A stretch of 46,717 bases of DNA from Lentisphaeria bacterium (GTDB lineage Bacteria > Verrucomicrobiota > Lentisphaeria > JABSQK01 > JAWLHB01): NCBI GenBank assembly GCA_041690595.1, contig JAWLHB010000026.1, positions 62,001-108,717 of the forward strand, written 5' to 3'. Positions 43,445 through 46,717 of the stretch are shown here, piece after piece. A model generated the notes under the pieces. It did not search any database. It was not told the origin of the DNA and worked only from the letters and a program-made list of their open reading frames with translations. The position numbers and the translations under genes are program-made. Within the stretch, counting starts at the first letter, position 1, and every line of letters begins with the position of its first letter.

Positions 43445-44362
43445 ATGCCGGTAAACGCCAACTCAACAGGTCGTGATCAGACGATTCGAGCCGTCGTCCA
43501 CAGGGCATTCTTCTCCCTGCTGGAACTGATGGTGATCGTTGGCGTGCTGGCGGTGCTGGTCTCGGTGCTGGTACCTCTGTTGAGCGAGGGACTGCAGCGC
43601 GCGCGCAGCAAGCAGTGCGCGGATAATCTGCGCCGACTCGGGGTCTCCACCTTCACGTACAGCGATCTTTACGATGGCTGGTTCCCATCCACCTATGGGA
43701 CCTTGTCGAGCGAAGAGAGTCGGCCCTGGGCCCACGCGAGCCGCCGTTCCATGGAAACCTTCATCGGGCTGCTGGGGAGCAATCGGGATGCTCTCTCATG
43801 TCCGACAGTATGGCATCAACCCAGGAAGGCCGATGTCGAAGACGGGTTGCTGTGGGGATACAACAAGTGGGCGGGCACGTTGAATACGGCGCCGCTGAAT
43901 GTGCGTTACAACTACTACAGCCGCTATCAGGACATTCGCAATTCGGTCCGCTCCACGGAGCCGGGGCTTGGCCATCCCGGATACCTCAATCTGCGGCGGA
44001 TGAACCAGGCGCTACGGCGCTTCATCGTCTTGGGCAGCAGCCTGGGTACCTCGCTCAGCTGGCAATCCGCCCTGCAGCCTCTGGTGGTGCCAAATCTTGG
44101 CGGAGCGACGCCAATTCCGCCGGCCGAGATCACCCTGTGGGGAGACACCAACAAGGTGAACCGAAGGATGGCCGTCAGCGCCAGTCACAGCCGGATCATC
44201 CAGCAGGCTGACGAGCCGATTGTGCCACCCCAGATTTCCGGACTCAGCGAGTTGCTGGGCGACGGACATGTGCAGTGGTATTCACTCCCTGGAAATTCTC
44301 TCTACTATGTCAGCGACCGGAGCCTTGGAGGTGCCGGCGTCTTTGTGCAGGACAATCGCTGA
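43445..44362 (+). CDS. Divergent prepilin-type protein (H-X24-DG variant)
   Basis: FSLLELMVIVGVLAVLVSVLVP...ARSKQCADNLRRLG, SCP, and SH...ELLGDGHV. Start placed at ATG 43445. A TTGCTA-16bp-TAAACT promoter candidate lies at 43388-43415. Confidence 0.78.
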   Translation: MPVNANSTGRDQTIRAVVHRAFFSLLELMVIVGVLAVLVSVLVPLLSEGLQRARSKQCADNLRRLGVSTFTYSDLYDGWFPSTYGTLSSEESRPWAHASRRSMETFIGLLGSNRDALSCPTVWHQPRKADVEDGLLWGYNKWAGTLNTAPLNVRYNYYSRYQDIRNSVRSTEPGLGHPGYLNLRRMNQALRRFIVLGSSLGTSLSWQSALQPLVVPNLGGATPIPPAEITLWGDTNKVNRRMAVSASHSRIIQQADEPIVPPQISGLSELLGDGHVQWYSLPGNSLYYVSDRSLGGAGVFVQDNR

Positions 44363-44396
44363 CGTATCGTGATTCACTCTCATTGGAGGTGCCGAC

Positions 44397-44861
44397 ATGG
44401 CAACCGCTGAAGCTTTTCTGGCCGTTTACGAACCGTTCTGGCGCACGATTGACGTCACATCTCCCGACCGCCTCGATGCCCATGCGCCGGGGGAAGCATG
44501 GAGCGTGATGGATGTCATCGCGCATCTTCTTGATGCCGAGGTGCAGACCTACACGCGCCTGCGGACCATCCTCGCTGATGAGGAGCCACAACTGGTCAAT
44601 TACGATGAGGCGCGGTGGACCAAGGCACTGCCACGCACCATTGACCTCGCTGAAGCAAGATTGCTGGTCATGGGGTTACGCCGAGCTAACGCGGCGCTGA
44701 TTCAGAGATTGTCGCCGGAAGAGTTGCAGCGCACCGGCCGCCACAATCTGCGCGGTGATATTGTCCTGGGCGAACTGATCGAGATCTACACCAACCACGT
44801 GCGCGTCCATCTGCGGCAGGTCAATCGCATTCTCGAGGCACAAGAAAACGGCAACACCTAA
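44397..44861 (+). CDS. DinB/YfiT family metal-dependent protein
   Basis: [23 protein letters not shown] and NHVRVHLRQ (His triad). GGAGG RBS. Confidence 0.85.
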   Translation: MATAEAFLAVYEPFWRTIDVTSPDRLDAHAPGEAWSVMDVIAHLLDAEVQTYTRLRTILADEEPQLVNYDEARWTKALPRTIDLAEARLLVMGLRRANAALIQRLSPEELQRTGRHNLRGDIVLGELIEIYTNHVRVHLRQVNRILEAQENGNT

Positions 44862-45580
44862 CGCATGGCCATGAAGAAGGAGCTGAGCTTGTAGTTGGTG
44901 TTGTTGCAGAGATCGGCATAGGGCGTGCCGCGAGCCAGGACGTGGTCGACATGGCCGTCAAGAAAGAGCGTGTTGAAGCCATTCCCGTGCTGCAGGTAGG
45001 GCATGTTGTTCTGATTGTAGGTGCGGATCGAGGCATAGTTGCCTTGCAGATAGTTGTAATCATGGGTAGCATCCACCAACCACGCGGTCAGCGTGGGCGT
45101 CGACGCGCGATTATACTTGACGATGGGGCGATTGGCCGTGACGGGGTTGTAGTCGGTGGCGCTTGCCGCATCGATATTGGCGGCATAGGTCGCGAAACGG
45201 AATTCGCTGGCGGGGCGCATGCCAATGGTTGGACACCACATGATCGTCTGCCTGCCGTAGGGACGACTGGTGGAGCCGAAGCCGGTCCCCGTCTGCACGT
45301 AGGGATGAAGCATGTCGATGAAGTGCGCCGTGAAGGCATAGTTGGCTGTCGCGGCGGTCACATACATGGCCTGGACGTAGTCATCGTGTTCCTCGACATA
45401 CAGGAACTGTCCCAGCCCGAGTTGCTTCAGATTGTTTTGACACTGGGAGCGCCTGGCCATCGCACGGGCCTTCCCAAGCGCCGGAAGAAGCATCGACGCA
45501 AGGAGCGCGATTATGGCTACCACGACCAGAAGCTCTATAAGGGTGAAGCGTCGTGAGTAGGGCTTGAGGACGTACGGCAT
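44858..45580 (-). CDS. Prepilin-type N-terminal cleavage/methylation protein with H-X9-DG motif
   Basis: [28 protein letters not shown]...[12 protein letters not shown], and [14 protein letters not shown]. Start at ATG 45580 (alternative GTG 45589). Confidence 0.9.
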   Translation of the reverse strand: MPYVLKPYSRRFTLIELLVVVAIIALLASMLLPALGKARAMARRSQCQNNLKQLGLGQFLYVEEHDDYVQAMYVTAATANYAFTAHFIDMLHPYVQTGTGFGSTSRPYGRQTIMWCPTIGMRPASEFRFATYAANIDAASATDYNPVTANRPIVKYNRASTPTLTAWLVDATHDYNYLQGNYASIRTYNQNNMPYLQHGNGFNTLFLDGHVDHVLARGTPYADLCNNTNYKLSSFFMAMR

Positions 45581-45607
45581 GTGGGTCACCTGCGATAATG
45601 ATCGTTA

Positions 45608-45656
45608 TGTCAACGTTGACAATTCATAGTGTAGCAACGATTGCAGATCACTTCAA
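45608..45656 (-). promoter_or_regulatory. Sigma70 promoter with a downstream LacI/GalR-type operator palindrome
   Basis: Minus strand TTGAAG (45651-45656), 17 bp, TACACT (45628-45633), then the perfect palindrome TGTCAACGTTGACA (45608-45621). Confidence 0.65.
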
Positions 45657-45722
45657 CAGCTTCCGCGAAAAAAAACTGGCGGAGGCAATCCGTGCTGGGC
45701 GATGCCTTGTCGCACCAGCCAG

Positions 45723-46667
45723 TCAGGGCTGGAAGAGCCAGCTTTGCCAGGGGGTGGAGGTCGCCTTGACGGGAAGAAGAATGCTGATGGTTGTCCCGCG
45801 GTTGGGCCGGGACTGAATCTCGAGGTGTCCGCCGAAGCCTTGCAGGATTGCTTGGGCGATGGGCAGGCCGAGACCAGTGCCACGGTCGGGGCCTTTGGTT
45901 GTGAAAAAAGGCTCAAGGACGCGTTCGAGGGTCTCCGGCTCCATGCCGATACCATCGTCTCTGACCTGGCAGACGATTTCGGCCGACTCGCCATCGCCGT
46001 GAAGCCATGTCCGGATGATCAGTGTACCAGCGTCGCCATGTTCCCCGGTCGAGCGGGCATCATCGATGGCGTCGCGCGCGTTGATGAAGAGGTTGAGCAG
46101 GACTTCCTCCAGAGAATAGACGTTGGCGGTTACTTCGGGAAGCTCTGGAGAGAGTTCGCAATGGATGACTATCCCGCGGGCGTCGAACTGCGTCTGCACC
46201 ATCTCCAGAGTTTGTTTCACCACCTGATTGAGCCGGACCGGCTCGTGCATGTCGAGGTCGGCACCGCTGGCATGTCGGCGGATGTGGCCGATGATGTGCT
46301 CCATCCTGTCTGCCTGCATGATGATGTTGCCAAGCATGTGACGGATGGTTTCGGGCGACTGCGCCCAACCGCGATCCAGGGCAAGAAGGAGATGCTCCGC
46401 CAGTCCGCGAACTCCGGCCAGAGGCTGGTTCAGTTCGTGGGCGATGCTGGCAGCCATCTCGCCAAGGGCACGCAGACGGCTGCTGCGAATCTGCATGGTA
46501 CTGGCCGGAATAGGACCATCGCCCGACAACTCCTTGAGCTGCTGGCGAAGGGCGTGCAACTCCTCCAGGAGCTCCGCGCGGCTTGCTTCATCTGCATCGG
46601 CCATGCCGGTCGGCACCTCTAGCCCAACTTCAGCACTTTTCGATGATTTTGAGGCTGAGTGTTTCAT
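45723..46667 (-). CDS. Sensor histidine kinase (HisKA plus HATPase_c) with no recognisable sensor domain
   Basis: H-box AHELNQPL, N-box NLFINARDA, G1 DDGIGM, F-box PFFTTK and G2 GTGLGL. Confidence 0.9.
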   Translation of the reverse strand: MKHSASKSSKSAEVGLEVPTGMADADEASRAELLEELHALRQQLKELSGDGPIPASTMQIRSSRLRALGEMAASIAHELNQPLAGVRGLAEHLLLALDRGWAQSPETIRHMLGNIIMQADRMEHIIGHIRRHASGADLDMHEPVRLNQVVKQTLEMVQTQFDARGIVIHCELSPELPEVTANVYSLEEVLLNLFINARDAIDDARSTGEHGDAGTLIIRTWLHGDGESAEIVCQVRDDGIGMEPETLERVLEPFFTTKGPDRGTGLGLPIAQAILQGFGGHLEIQSRPNRGTTISILLPVKATSTPWQSWLFQP

Positions 46668-46717
46668 TTTTCGTCACTCCTGGCTCTCTGGGGTATGCCA
46701 GGATCGTTGAGGCTTCA

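Noticed and set aside
6659..45580. Diversity-generating retroelement or recombinational cassette system behind prepilin variation
   Set aside because: No reverse transcriptase, recombinase or near-identical template/variable repeat pair was seen. The paralogues differ throughout their length.
46674..46717. Possible 3' end of an upstream minus-strand gene (KPQRSWHTPESQE-stop)
   Set aside because: Too short to support a call.

Overview
GC-rich, gene-dense bacterial chromosome segment with about 39 CDS. It is probably from the PVC superphylum (Lentisphaerota/Kiritimatiellota-like), an inference from five FTLIEL...H-Xn-DG prepilin-like genes, two sulfatases, heparinase II/III-like proteins and a UroD-family gene. 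From left to right it holds: a MarR-headed RND efflux operon; a prepilin/sulfatase/clan-A glycoside hydrolase unit; a 10-gene nucleotide-sugar operon (7520-18626) preceded by a sulfatase; a DUF4126-like gene and tatD; a GldA/GldF-GldG/DUF4340 ABC system; an AraC gene divergent from a PhyH dioxygenase/UroD pair; a prepilin followed by two heparinase II/III-like genes; araA, metH, further prepilin-like genes, a DinB-family gene and a histidine kinase. The best candidate for an undescribed system is the sugar operon. It encodes HddA, HddC, a Cj1427-like GDP-heptose 4-dehydrogenase, a His-type (ColD/E1-like) PLP 3-dehydratase, a TPP E1alpha/beta pair with no E2/E3, a B12-binding radical SAM enzyme, an Fcl-like reductase and a GT2/GT-C transfer module. 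By inference this set could make a 3-deoxy, C4-branched, possibly carbocyclic (caryose-like) C9 sugar. A second theme is prepilin-like genes, none with the canonical Gly(-1), that head glycan-degradation operons; one carries a LacI-type operator. No rRNA, tRNA, CRISPR array or mobile element was recognised. All family assignments come from motif recognition and recall, not database searches.
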